The notes under the pieces: model-generated
What the model saw: the letters and a program-made list of their open reading frames with translations, nothing else
What the model was told of the DNA's origin: nothing
Database searches by the model: none
Assembly: GCA_000002445.1 (NCBI GenBank)
Contig: CP000068.1
Coordinates: forward strand, 96,001-160,000
Source of the DNA: Trypanosoma brucei
Lineage: Eukaryota
DNA length: 64,000 nucleotides
Direction: 5' to 3'
Translations under genes and position numbers: made by a program
Shown: in pieces, positions 12,206-23,400 of the stretch
Layout of the letters: the number at the start of each line of letters is the position of its first letter
How positions within the stretch are numbered: the first letter of the stretch is position 1

Positions 12206-12801
12206 CCGTTAAAACTTATCTGTCACCCTCCTCTGATCACCACTTCCTCAGCTTGTCAGTCTCAACCTCACGTTACCTTGGCCGTAGAAATATGCAATCA
12301 ACTACAGTCAAATATCCAAGAGAAAATAAGAAAGGGAAGGGAATCGATAGAAACGACCAAAGAGTAAAAATATGCGCAATTGAGCAAAGGAAATAATATG
12401 CGTATCCAATAGCGGATTTGTTGCAGTTCACCCGAACATGGACAACCTCCACGGCAGTCTTTCATTACACCCTTCATAGTAGCGCAAGGAATGTATGAAT
12501 ACCCTTAACACATGAAATAAGCAATACGTATGAAAAAAGGCATCAGCACTGGTATCCGCAGCTACCAATGCGGCCCTACCTCAAACCGGTAGTATGTGGG
12601 AAAAGGGTAATAACCTTGAGATGAGCTGCAAGGAACTGGTCAGACCGAAACATTACAAGCAACGGTATAAAAAGCAAGAAACGAAAACATATAAAAAGCA
12701 CCCTTATATCACTTATAGCAACCGATTTCAATTCCAGTTCCAAAATCATACACACAAATGCCTATGTCTGTTCCTTCGTGTTCGGGCACAAGAGAAGGTG
12801 G

Positions 12802-14373
12802 TTAAATATCACTGTCAAGACCTGCTGCGGTCTTCGTATTTTTGCTTTTAGCACCGCCTTCCTCTATGTTTATATCATCCTTCACCTCAGCCTTCCTACG
12901 GCCCCTAATAACAAAGAACACAAGCAACCCAAGCAACAGCAAAAGCAAAGGAATTAAAAATACTAACACTTTCGTTGTCCCAATCCAGCCACTCTTGGCC
13001 TCGCTGCCCTCATCATCATGGTCAGCATTTACGTCGTCCTCTTCACCACTTTCTTTCGACTCCTCTTTCAATTCCTCCGCCAATTTTTCTACATCCTTCT
13101 TCAGTTCCTCTTCGGACCGTCCGATGGTATCCCTGTTCTGCTTTGCAGCCTCTGCATCTTCGGTGGCTTTGACGCGCTCCTCCTCCGCTTCCTCAAATGC
13201 CTTTCTCGAATCTTTTGCCTGCTTTTCTGCAGCCTTTTCAGTTGCCTCAGCTTTCTCAACAGCCTCCAGCAACATCTTTTTCTTTTCTTCACTCACCGGC
13301 TGACCCGCCTCCTTTGCCTTCTCAGCCTTCTCAGCTTCCAAGCGCCTGGCCTCCGCCTGTTCCTCAGCGGCCACTCGTCTCGCCTCAGCCTCCTCAAATG
13401 CCTTTCTCGCTTCCTCAGCAGCCTTCTCAGCAGCCTGGCGTTTCGCCTCCTCCTCCGCCGCCCGCGCCTCTGCTGCTTTCCTTCTCTCCTCATGCTGTGC
13501 AAGAGACTCCTTCGAACTTTCTAGGATTTTCTCAGAGTAGCGGTATACGAATAGAGCAACATCCAAATCCCTGTGGAGCCGCGCTATCAAGTGGGTTGCC
13601 ACTTCGTAGCTCCGCATCCAGTTCTCCAGCACTGTGCATGGTCGCCCTGGTGGAGCTGCTTGGTGAACGGGTGCGCCCGCTCCACATATCATAACACGCA
13701 TATGGTACGGCTTGGGCTTTACCTGGTTCCATATTTCGAGTGCCCTCTCCATGTTGGAGAACGTCGTTTGAGTAGTGGTGCTACTGACCACTTTGTAGTT
13801 GCATAAAATGCTGTATTTATGGGGATCAAGCCTCGAATGTTCATAGTAGTAGTCTCGCTTATACGCGTTAGGTTCACAATTTGCATTTGGAGTAGAACTG
13901 TATGAGGACTCGCGACTCTCCGTCCTGTCAACACAATGCCATTTTAGCACCTCATCGAGAGCTGCGCTTGCATTTGCCGCCGCCTTTTTAGCCCTTCCTT
14001 CGGTTGCATTCATGAGATATGCGATGTCGTCAAGCCTCGTCTTCATGTACTGCATTTGCTGATGTTGATCTCCAGATAGCGATGCTGCCATTACCTTGTC
14101 ATCCGATATTTTACGAAAATTCGCATTCGCATTGTTGACATACATATAGATTTGTTGTTCAAATGTGTCAACCCTGGAGTTCACACCGTCAAGCAACTTT
14201 TTCATGGTACACAGTGTCGCCGCAGCTTCACCATCAAGTTGCCGCCCATGTGCTGTCACATACTGTTTTTGCGCAACAGAGAGCTCCTCCGCCCAAGTCA
14301 CATCGAGCGCACATATGCCGCAGAGGAGAAATACTGTTGCAGTAGTGCATAATGTAACAGGCATCGTTGACAT
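12802..14373 (-). CDS. ISG75: ISG75 family, copy C (subtype 2), 523 aa
   Basis: As copy B but with patchwise differences in the ectodomain (for example ESSYSSTPNANCEPNAYKR versus HDVLPGYGRNENCLPNAYKR). C-terminal 230 aa almost identical to the other copies. Confidence 0.85.
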   Translation of the reverse strand: MSTMPVTLCTTATVFLLCGICALDVTWAEELSVAQKQYVTAHGRQLDGEAAATLCTMKKLLDGVNSRVDTFEQQIYMYVNNANANFRKISDDKVMAASLSGDQHQQMQYMKTRLDDIAYLMNATEGRAKKAAANASAALDEVLKWHCVDRTESRESSYSSTPNANCEPNAYKRDYYYEHSRLDPHKYSILCNYKVVSSTTTQTTFSNMERALEIWNQVKPKPYHMRVMICGAGAPVHQAAPPGRPCTVLENWMRSYEVATHLIARLHRDLDVALFVYRYSEKILESSKESLAQHEERRKAAEARAAEEEAKRQAAEKAAEEARKAFEEAEARRVAAEEQAEARRLEAEKAEKAKEAGQPVSEEKKKMLLEAVEKAEATEKAAEKQAKDSRKAFEEAEEERVKATEDAEAAKQNRDTIGRSEEELKKDVEKLAEELKEESKESGEEDDVNADHDDEGSEAKSGWIGTTKVLVFLIPLLLLLLGLLVFFVIRGRRKAEVKDDINIEEGGAKSKNTKTAAGLDSDI

Positions 14374-14902
14374 CCGTTAAAACTTATCTGTCACCCTCCT
14401 CTGATCACCACTTCCTCAGCTTGTCAGTCTCAACCTCACGTTACCTTGGCCGTAGAAATATGCAATCAACTACAGTCAAATATCCAAGAGAAAATAAGAA
14501 AGGGAAGGGAATCGATAGAAACGACCAAAGAGTAAAAATATGCGCGATTGAGCAAAGGAAATAATATGCGTATCCAATAGCGGATTTGTTGCAGTTCACC
14601 CGAACATGGACAACCTCCACGGCGGTCTTTCATTACACCCTTCATAGTAGCGCAAGGAATGTATGAATACCCTTAACACATGAAATAAGCAATACGTATG
14701 AAAAAAGGCATCAGCACTGGTATCCGCAGCTACCAATGCGGCCCTACCTCAAACCGGTAGTATGTGGGAAAAGGGTTGTAGTTGTAAAGTTTTCTGTAAA
14801 ATTCCTGAAATGTGACAAAAGATTGTGAAAAGACGAAACCGGCAGCAGATGGGGGAAGGGGGAAGGGAGCGGCGTTGTCAAGTGCGACGAAGATTTTTTA
14901 CG

Positions 14903-16561
14903 CTATATTGACTGCTCCTTTTCATGCTTCACGGTGGGAGTAATGCGAGGCAACTCCACAAAGGCGTCAATGGCCGGCGTATCCTTAACCGCTCTTTCCT
15001 CGCTAAAAAGGCCGTCGTTGTGGATGTTGTGATACAACTGCATTTCTCTCCGCCCACGGATGACAAAGAAGAGAAACGACCCGAGCAGCAAGAGTAAGAT
15101 AATGAAACGCACTAATAATCGCGTGATTCTATGGTTGTCACGTTGATGGGCATCAAACACTTCATCACCTTTGTCGTATTTGCTGACTCTCGCGAGGCTC
15201 TGGTACACCTCCTTTTTCAAGTCTGCACACGATCGCAAGGTGTCCTCTGCCTCCCACTGTGCAATAATCGCCGCATCATCAGCCTTCATCATCTCTGTTT
15301 CGGCTCCTTCCAGTGCCTTCTTTGATATTTCTGCCTCTTTCTCGACTTCCCTCAACCTAGACTTTGCATCCTTCTCTGCCTGTATTTTTTTCCTGCTCTC
15401 CCCAGCCATCAGAAGGGCGGCCGCCTCAAGCTTCTCCTTGTTAGCCTTCGCCTCCTCCAGTGCCTTGCTCAATTCTTCGATTTTCGTCGTCACTTCCCGC
15501 AGTTTGCTCTCAGCTTCCCTCACGGCATCGGCATCCCGGCTCCTGGCTTCCGCATCCCTTTTAAGTAATAGCCACCTCTTTTCAACATCTTCGAAGACAT
15601 TTCTCGCCTCATTGACAACTCTACCGGCTGCCTGATGTTTCGACCTTTCCTCTACGGCACGTTCGTTTGCGGCCTTATCCTCCTCATGGACGCCCTCGGC
15701 CGACGTCCCTTCGCCCAGCGAGAGCATTTCTGCATATTTTCGGATTCTGACAGCAACGTGGGTTAAATCGTAGAGCCTCCTCATAGAATACCTTGATGCG
15801 TTGTAATCCTCTAGCCAAGATTCACGCAGCATGCATGGCACCAGCGTTTCAGTGGCTTCGTCCCTCCACTGACCGTTCCAACATTCAGATAGACGCGTTA
15901 GGTTGGGTTTGGGCTTCACAAAATTCCACTTGTCAAGTGCCCTCCCCATCGTTTCAAACGATGCAACAGTATCTCCGCTGCGGATAACCTTGTAGTCACA
16001 CAGAATACTGTTGTTCCTGCGATCATTCACGTGATAATAGTGGAACCGCTCCCTTGAAAACGCGTCAGGATCACAGTTAGCGCCAGTGCTATAATTATAA
16101 GGAGACCCTCTCATCTTTTCAACATCGATGCAGTGCCATTTAAGTATATCCGAAAGAAGTCTGCTAGCATCCAAAGCTGCCTCTTTAGTTCGCTTATAAG
16201 CCGCCTCGATGTGCTTTCTAACGGCCTCAACAAGCTCTCTGGTCATAAGTATCTCCTCCTGTTTTTTCTTCGTGAGAGATGTTCTTATGTTATCGCTAAT
16301 TGTTACATTCGAGAGTACGGTCTTCGCTTTACTCAGCTGCGACAACGCCTCACTCTCAAGGAAAAACGCCCTTTCGGAAACGAGGTCAACAATTGCTTTG
16401 ATAACACATATCGACCGTGCACCCTCACCATCAACTTTTTTTCCTCCGCTGGTGACATACGATTTCCACCATACTAGCTCCTCCGCCCAAGTCACATCGA
16501 GCGCACATATGCCGCAGAGGAGAAATACTGTTGCAGTAATGCGTAATGTAACAGGCATCAT
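14903..16561 (-). CDS. divergent ISG75-related paralog of 552 aa. It has the ISG75 signal peptide and 5' flank but a different ectodomain, coiled coil and cytoplasmic tail.
   Basis: N-terminus MMPVTLRITATVFLLCGICALDVTWAEEL is identical in style to ISG75. It retains ISG-fold hallmarks (ANCDPDAFSRE, FETMGRALDKWNFVKPKP, PCMLRESWLEDY). It has its own charged coiled coil, the TM FIILLLLLGSFLFFVIRGRR, and a longer unrelated tail (EMQLYHNIHNDGLFSEERAVKDTPAIDAFVELPRITPTVKHEKEQSI). The upstream 200 bp is shared with the ISG75 repeat unit. Confidence 0.7.
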   Translation of the reverse strand: MMPVTLRITATVFLLCGICALDVTWAEELVWWKSYVTSGGKKVDGEGARSICVIKAIVDLVSERAFFLESEALSQLSKAKTVLSNVTISDNIRTSLTKKKQEEILMTRELVEAVRKHIEAAYKRTKEAALDASRLLSDILKWHCIDVEKMRGSPYNYSTGANCDPDAFSRERFHYYHVNDRRNNSILCDYKVIRSGDTVASFETMGRALDKWNFVKPKPNLTRLSECWNGQWRDEATETLVPCMLRESWLEDYNASRYSMRRLYDLTHVAVRIRKYAEMLSLGEGTSAEGVHEEDKAANERAVEERSKHQAAGRVVNEARNVFEDVEKRWLLLKRDAEARSRDADAVREAESKLREVTTKIEELSKALEEAKANKEKLEAAALLMAGESRKKIQAEKDAKSRLREVEKEAEISKKALEGAETEMMKADDAAIIAQWEAEDTLRSCADLKKEVYQSLARVSKYDKGDEVFDAHQRDNHRITRLLVRFIILLLLLGSFLFFVIRGRREMQLYHNIHNDGLFSEERAVKDTPAIDAFVELPRITPTVKHEKEQSI

Positions 16562-17215
16562 TGGAAACCATCAAAACTTATCTGTCACCCTCCTCTGATC
16601 ACCACTTCCTCAGCTTGTCAGTCTCAACCCCACGTTACCTTGGCCGTAGAAATATGCAATCAACTACAGTCAAATATCCAAGAGAAAATAAGAAAGGGAA
16701 GGGAATCGATAGAAACGACCAAAGAGTAAAAATATGCGCGATTGAGCAAAGGAAATAATATGCGTATCCAATAGCGGATTTGTTGCAGTTCACCCGAACA
16801 TGGACAACCTCCACGGCAGTCTTTCATTACACCCCTCGTAGTAGCTGCAAACCTCGGCATGCTATGAGCCATCCGGCCACCGCAGCTCCCCTTGGTGATG
16901 GTGTTGAGTGCGTTGAGCTAAAGTGCCTTTACAAATAAAGGCCAAAGTGACCATTTCAGAAGATAGCACAAGGCCTGTCAAATCATAAAAAAGAGCAGGA
17001 GCACGGGAAATGGCTGCTGAGAAAAAAGACAAAGAGGTGTATAGATAAAAGGGGGAAGCAGCTAGATGGTGGAACGCTTTACGACTGTGGCAGCCGCAAG
17101 GGTGCAGCAAAGTCTATGATGTTTGAAAAACGGTTGCGGCACATACCACGAAGCATCAACAACAGTGCTGGGTGGCGAAACACAAAGTGACAGAGTCGCT
17201 CGCGGTTTACTGTAT

Positions 17216-17238
17216 CACACACACACACACACACACAC
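17216..17238. repeat. (CA)11 microsatellite
   Basis: Read directly from the sequence. Confidence 0.95.
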
Positions 17239-20200
17239 TGACAATGCGCGGTAGGCACGGAAGTACGTGAGTCTTGTACAACCGGTCACTCGGCCAAAAA
17301 TGCTTCCACCTCAGTGAGACACTTTGCTGTTTCCGTGTACCGATCACGGAAACGAGTTTTGCCTAGCGGACGGGGCCGCGGCAATTTTACGTTACCCACC
17401 TCTGTGACCTAACTAGTTTTGCATAACCACCACACTGAGCGGTTGAATTTTTTTTCGAAAAGGTTTCTTGATTTCTCAGTACAGCTTGCTATGGCATACC
17501 CTCCCCACAAGATAATTTTTTTTCTTCGAATTATATTCTCTGAAAATTATGGCAAACGTCGTGCTACGAAAACATACGTGCATATATGGCAAAATAAGGA
17601 TGAAAGCGAATCAATGGTAATCGACGTGGTCGCCATTTACGCACCTAAACGAAAAACAGTAGGAATATCTTTGCGCAACCTTTTTTAGAAGGTAAATAAT
17701 GGGAAACAAAAACAAAACAGCGGTGACTCAACGCCACAATCATAAAAGCTAATGATAATAATATATCGGGGTCAACAGCCCGAAGCTGCAGGCCGCAGTG
17801 AATCCCCCAATGCGGAAGGCATCCAAACATAAGCAGTAAAGTGTTGTTTACCTCCCAGTAATTTTAATCAAACCGAGCCGTCGACTAAGTATCTTACCAC
17901 GCCAAAGGCAAGACGTTTGCTGTACGGAATTCAACGAAAATAATGGGCTCCTTCACTGCTGTCTCACAACCTCCCGTATACCTCAACTTCAGGAACGTTG
18001 AAGTGCAAAACGAATGTTTAGCAAATAACCGAGGAACTAGTAAGTATCGCGTCTCTGTTTGAATCAGCTAAAAGTTTTTTTATGTGCTGCTGACGGGGAA
18101 AAAGGGAAGGAAATCAAAATCGATCCATTGCTTCATGCGCACTTGAATGTGTATAAAGATTCAGACAGGTTTACAACAATGTGTCAACGATATGCTGAAC
18201 AAGCTATTCCCTTTTTACTAACGTATATTGCTGCTGGGGGATGTTCGCTATCCAACAAGGAAGCATCCAAATTCACCGCCAGAAAGTAGTGTCTATGCTT
18301 TTGAGCGAGCAAAAACATTCAACAGTAGTGAACAAATACATGCGACCCTGCGGAACACATCACATGTCCCGCCTCCCGACGCACGAAACTAAAGGCAAAA
18401 CCATCACATGATGGTTCTTATGACCGTCTGCTACGCAACCACTCTGTATAGCAAAAGCCATGTGGGAGAAACAACCGCACATCACCGAACGTCATCGCCG
18501 AAACCGCACCCCATGCCCACGTGTCGATACATGAATTTGTGTTCTCTTCGTTAGTTTGTGGTAAGAAATCAAATGGTAATTTTTTTTCCTCCAACAAGTA
18601 GAAATTTATGGGACCTGCATAGGATTCGCAGCGCACGCTTCCTTAGCATTGTGTCTTCCCTTCCTCCTATAAGCGCTTAGAGACCCGCTAAACCAACTCG
18701 CTGAGCGACATATACAAATGCTTTGATGTGTATAGTCCAGACTAGGAAGATACGGGCCTTATGCAAACCTGCTACGGGTCAAGAAATACCGAGCAGTCAA
18801 GACGATTATGCCCCCTGGTGATGAAAGGCGGCTAGCACTAACATGTGGATCGACAGCCCAGGAGGGGGAAAGGTGTTTAACATACAGAACTCACCCCCTT
18901 TTAGGTCAGAAACGCAAAGGTCAATTGATTCAATTAGTTCCTTCCCGTAGGAAGAAACTATGTAAAGTCATTGTAATGCTGTGACGGTCCAGGGGAAAAA
19001 ATAATCTTACGAGAAAGGAGGAGGATCTACTCCTTCCGCAGTGCCTTGTGTACGTTACTTTATTGTTTCCTTTACTTCATATTAGCTTCTCTAGTGAATA
19101 CGTTGCGGTGACCATGCCAAATAAATAGTCACGCAGCTGTAAACCCACTACCTCAATCAAAAATTGGGCAAGTTAAAACGGAAACAGAAGGAAAGCAAAT
19201 AAAGCAGAGAGTAATGCAAAATTCACGACTACCCACCTTTAAAATGTTAGCAACCTAATCTGGGCTTCATCACAGCACCAACCAGCGCCGGACACAGCCT
19301 CGTTGCCATTTTGCATAAACCTCTGCAGCCAAAAAAAAAAAATCTACCGCAAATAAAACATGGAGCAGGCAACAGTGCACGACCAATGCAGCCGCACAGA
19401 AGGTCAATCTCTCTCGAAAGATAATTAGTAAAAATACTTTTTCCCACAACAATTTCACGTAGCACAAACACACGTGCGTGCGTGCGTCCAAAGAGCAAAG
19501 GAGAAATAGAAACGAACAGGTATACTTGCCGGAATCCCAAAGTAACATGGGTCCATCAATCACCCTGACGGTGCGACCGCGGCCAGACCGTTCAACGTAC
19601 CAATAGAAAGCTCCATCCAGCTTTAGGGTAACGTACAAGTTCCACTCACACTAACAAAAGGATTGCCAACCACAACAATCGCACGGTACCATAAACTCTC
19701 CCACTATTATTGTTTGTTTTTGGCTTCTTTTTTTTTTTTTACGAAGCTCACAGAGCTCACCGTGCCGACAGGAGAACAAGAGGGAACGTCTGCCTCCCAT
19801 TCCGTGCACACAACAGATAGACACGTCCCTGTTAAGGTTACCACCAGAGCTAATCCTTCACATACGTAAACCCTCCACGCCACGAAGTTAGAGTCTGCCG
19901 TATGCTCTGAGTGAGATCCCCGGATGAGTTAACCTCCATGGTAAATGGTCCCTCCCCAAGTCCCTCGAGAGACCTCACCGCGGTGTCGAGAGCCAGTATC
20001 TCTGGGAAAAGGAAGAAAATACCTACCACTCGTGCCGAATGGTTAGATGCAAACTCCTTTGGACGGGGGGGAAGAAAGAAAAAACTTACCGGCGGTCATC
20101 AACGAAAGTTTTAAAAAAAAAAAATGAAATCGTGTCCCAAGCAACGGCCATCGTCGCGGCTTCCTTAGGCGGCAGAAGCTCAGAGATTTGGAGGGAACCC

Positions 20201-20391
20201 CGTCGTCCCCACCGCCCTTCACGCACGATAAGCAATGTTACGTCCCGCACCATCCTGTAAGAAAATTACGGAAGAAGAATCCAACTCCCTTTTAAGGCGT
20301 AGAACTCCGAAACGATCAGCCTTCAATGAGAGTAGAAGCCTCCACCACGCACGCCTGCACTGAAGTCGACATCTCGGCAGCGAAGAGCCGC

Positions 20392-20392
<1 letters not shown>

Positions 20393-20447
<55 letters not shown>
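20393..20447. repeat. compound microsatellite (CA)14(TA)13 in the divergent strand-switch region
   Basis: Read directly from the sequence. Confidence 0.95.
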
Positions 20448-23400
20448 CTACTTATTCATACCGCTGCCCCCCCTGTAGTCAGGCAGGCCACGCAGTGAAT
20501 CCCGCCGCGTGATAATAAATTTTTAAGAAGTGGAAACGGGAATGTGCCAGCACCGCCTTTTTAAGGGCCACATGGTCGGGGCCGCGACTCTGTTAGCTCA
20601 TACGCTCCGACAAGCGGATTTACGCCGTCGTGCTAATACCGTTCCGGGAAGGATTGCAGTGTGACTGCGGGCTGGGGGAGGTCATGCTGGGTTGAGCGGT
20701 GGGCTACGTGTCTAGACTGTCCGTTAAAGCTGAGGAAGCTGGGGGTCGTTTGCTTCCTACCGATAAGAATGTACTGTGGCGGAACGGAGTGGCTTGGGGG
20801 AAAGTGAGGGAAGGGGGAGGTTGCCCTTTTTTTTTTTTCTTGATTTGTCAGTACGCCAGGGGGGAGGGGTGATAAAACTCTACCGGCTTCGGTTGAACTC
20901 TACAGGAGAGGGAAGTCTGAAACAAATTCTGCCCCAAGGAGCCCGCGGCACCGACGCGCACGCGCTTGTTAATTTGTAAAAAGCCAAAAGAAGAATGAAG
21001 CCACGGGGGGGGAGGGACGCCGGTGACGCAGGTAGCGACATGCGCACCTCTATGAGTAGGTGTGCAAATGCGCGAATGCGTTACCTATCTGCTCCTCTCA
21101 TCGAAACACTTGTGTCATGACTCGGGCATTTGCTTACCTTGGGGTCTTTTTGGAAGTGTTTGAAAGTACACCTTTTCTCCGCTCCTAAGTTAAGCCCCTT
21201 CCCTCCTTCAACGGGATCCACTCCAAGTTTCAACGACGGCCCGGCATGCAGGTCTGCAGGTGATAGACAGGTAAGGGGAATTAGCCCTCACAACTGTGGC
21301 AATCTGGGCGGGGTTTAACGTCCACGAAGAGAGCTGAACTAATACATCTGCGGATATATGTATCAGGGGGCGCTTTCTCCTCCTTTACTGGTGCCACGAC
21401 TCCTCTAACCATGAAAAAAAAAGGAGAAAGGATGCCAGATTTCTGCCTTGCTTGTTGAACTAGTTGACCCTCCATTTGGCTGGATTCGGGAACTGGTGGT
21501 TGAAAATATATGCGTATCTGGATATCGAAAGAGCACAGTGGAGGATGAAAAGGGGGGCTTACCCAATGTTATTTTTTTAAACTTTAACACTATTCGGATC
21601 GAAAGGCCCTTGGGGGGAGAGGGGAAATGAAATGTAGGGGAACATGGAGGGAAAGTACATGCCTGTGGGAGTTGTTTCCCCTCTGCCTGATTCTTCTCGT
21701 TGAGTGAAAAAAGATGTAGTGGTGGTCGCTCCCACTAACAGCGGGAGAGCAGCGAAGAAAAAACTTATTTTGCTCCATTTCAATACTGCGGATTAGTTGT
21801 GAGAAATATATATATTTATATATGCATTACCTATTGACAGTGCGCTGGTGAGGTGCAGGGGTGACGACATGCTCGCTGAGAGTTGAAAGTAGCGCTCCTA
21901 CAGAGAACTTCTTTCCGTAAAAGTTAAAGTGTGGGGTGGGAAAAGGGACACAAGGAAATCAGCAGCAGTACTGGGGATAAACTTGCGGGTTTAAACCTTG
22001 GCGCTGTTTCAAGCGTCTAGAGACGCTGAACGATTTGCTCGTAGTTATGCGTATTATTTTTCTCTCATATGTGAAGGGTGTATGTTGTATGCAGTTCATT
22101 CCTCAGCTACACATGATGTTGGTTTGTGGCCGCGCCTGGACACCCCCACGCTCGTATACAAGGAAAGGGAAAGGAACCAATATGCCAGCACTTAGTTTGC
22201 TGCCAATATGTTTGAGTATTTCTGCCTCTGTATCGACACGAATAAAGGGCAGTGAAATGAACGCCATACACCACTTTCAGTAACGAAATTCCTCTAAATA
22301 GGGGGAAATACGTTGGGAGAGGTAGTTGTGAGGCTATAAATTAAATATTTCTGTGTCCTCTAGTTTTTATGCATCCCTCATATACAAAGCTACGTATTGT
22401 CACCAGCCTCCATGTAGCCCATGGTATTTGCCCCCGTTTCACGTTTTTTAAAGCGTTTCTCAATGCTTCTTCTAATTTTACAAATGTGTGTCTTTGCGTG
22501 TGAGCTGTTTCGGTGAGTGGTGCATACATGGGAAGGAAAATATATTAACGTCGGGGAAATGCAATGGGTTTTTTTTTTCTTGCTATACTGTTTGCTCATT
22601 TCTCCCTCCACATAATTTGTAAATGGGCACAGTCAGCTGGAAGCTGACTCTGACTTTTTTTTGCCATTGATTCCTCGAATTACGTATGGAGGTGACACCC
22701 CATTTTGTCAAAGTATTGTACCCAGAGGCTTTTTTTGTAAACATGCACATTGCCGTGAGCCTCATATCCCGCATCACAAAGGAACAAGGGGTGGACTGTT
22801 CACTTTGCCCTCACCGTGTTCTGTGTAGTTGAACGGACACACGATACTGAAACATTGGGGATAATTATAATGATAGTGATAATAACAACGAAACGTGCTC
22901 AGAAGCCTTTTTGTATGGGAGGGCTTCTGGAATTCTGTCAAGCGCATTGACTCATATCCTCTTGGTTGGATTGCTGCCTATTCTTGTACGTTAATTTCGT
23001 GTAATGCTAACCATTCTACTGGCTGCTGTCTTGATGTTGTTGGAGCTCCAAACCTCTGCAACATCATGACCTCCTCACGTCACCTGTCTGGATCGTGGGG
23101 CAGGCTGTTACTTGCAAAAAGAATATCAACAATTCGTCACGCAACTAACGGCTGGACAAAATAAGCCAAGAAAAAACGGTAAGGGAAGGTGCGAGTTCGG
23201 GAGTGACGTATGCTGATTGTCGTGAGACAATAACGTTTCTCAGCAATTCCGGAAAGTATGAATGTTGAGGGAATTCCTTAACACACAGATGGGGATGGAA
23301 GTTGGTTTTTATTATTATTATTATCATTACTATTTTGAAGGGGGAGAAAGACGTCCACAGTGATTTTGAATACAGTGGGATACATCTCCCATGCCTACTA

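Larger units (their letters stand above)
8248..16835 (-). repeat. tandem array of four ISG75-family repeat units (about 2.10-2.17 kb each, each gene plus about 590 bp of conserved intergenic sequence); left arm of the inverted duplication
   Basis: Stop-to-stop spacing 8475/10634/12802/14903. Near-identical 3' flanks (CACCTGTGATAGTGTTTAAATATCACTG...) and 5' flanks (…GATAAGTTTTAACGGATGTCAACGATG) in every unit. Confidence 0.9.
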
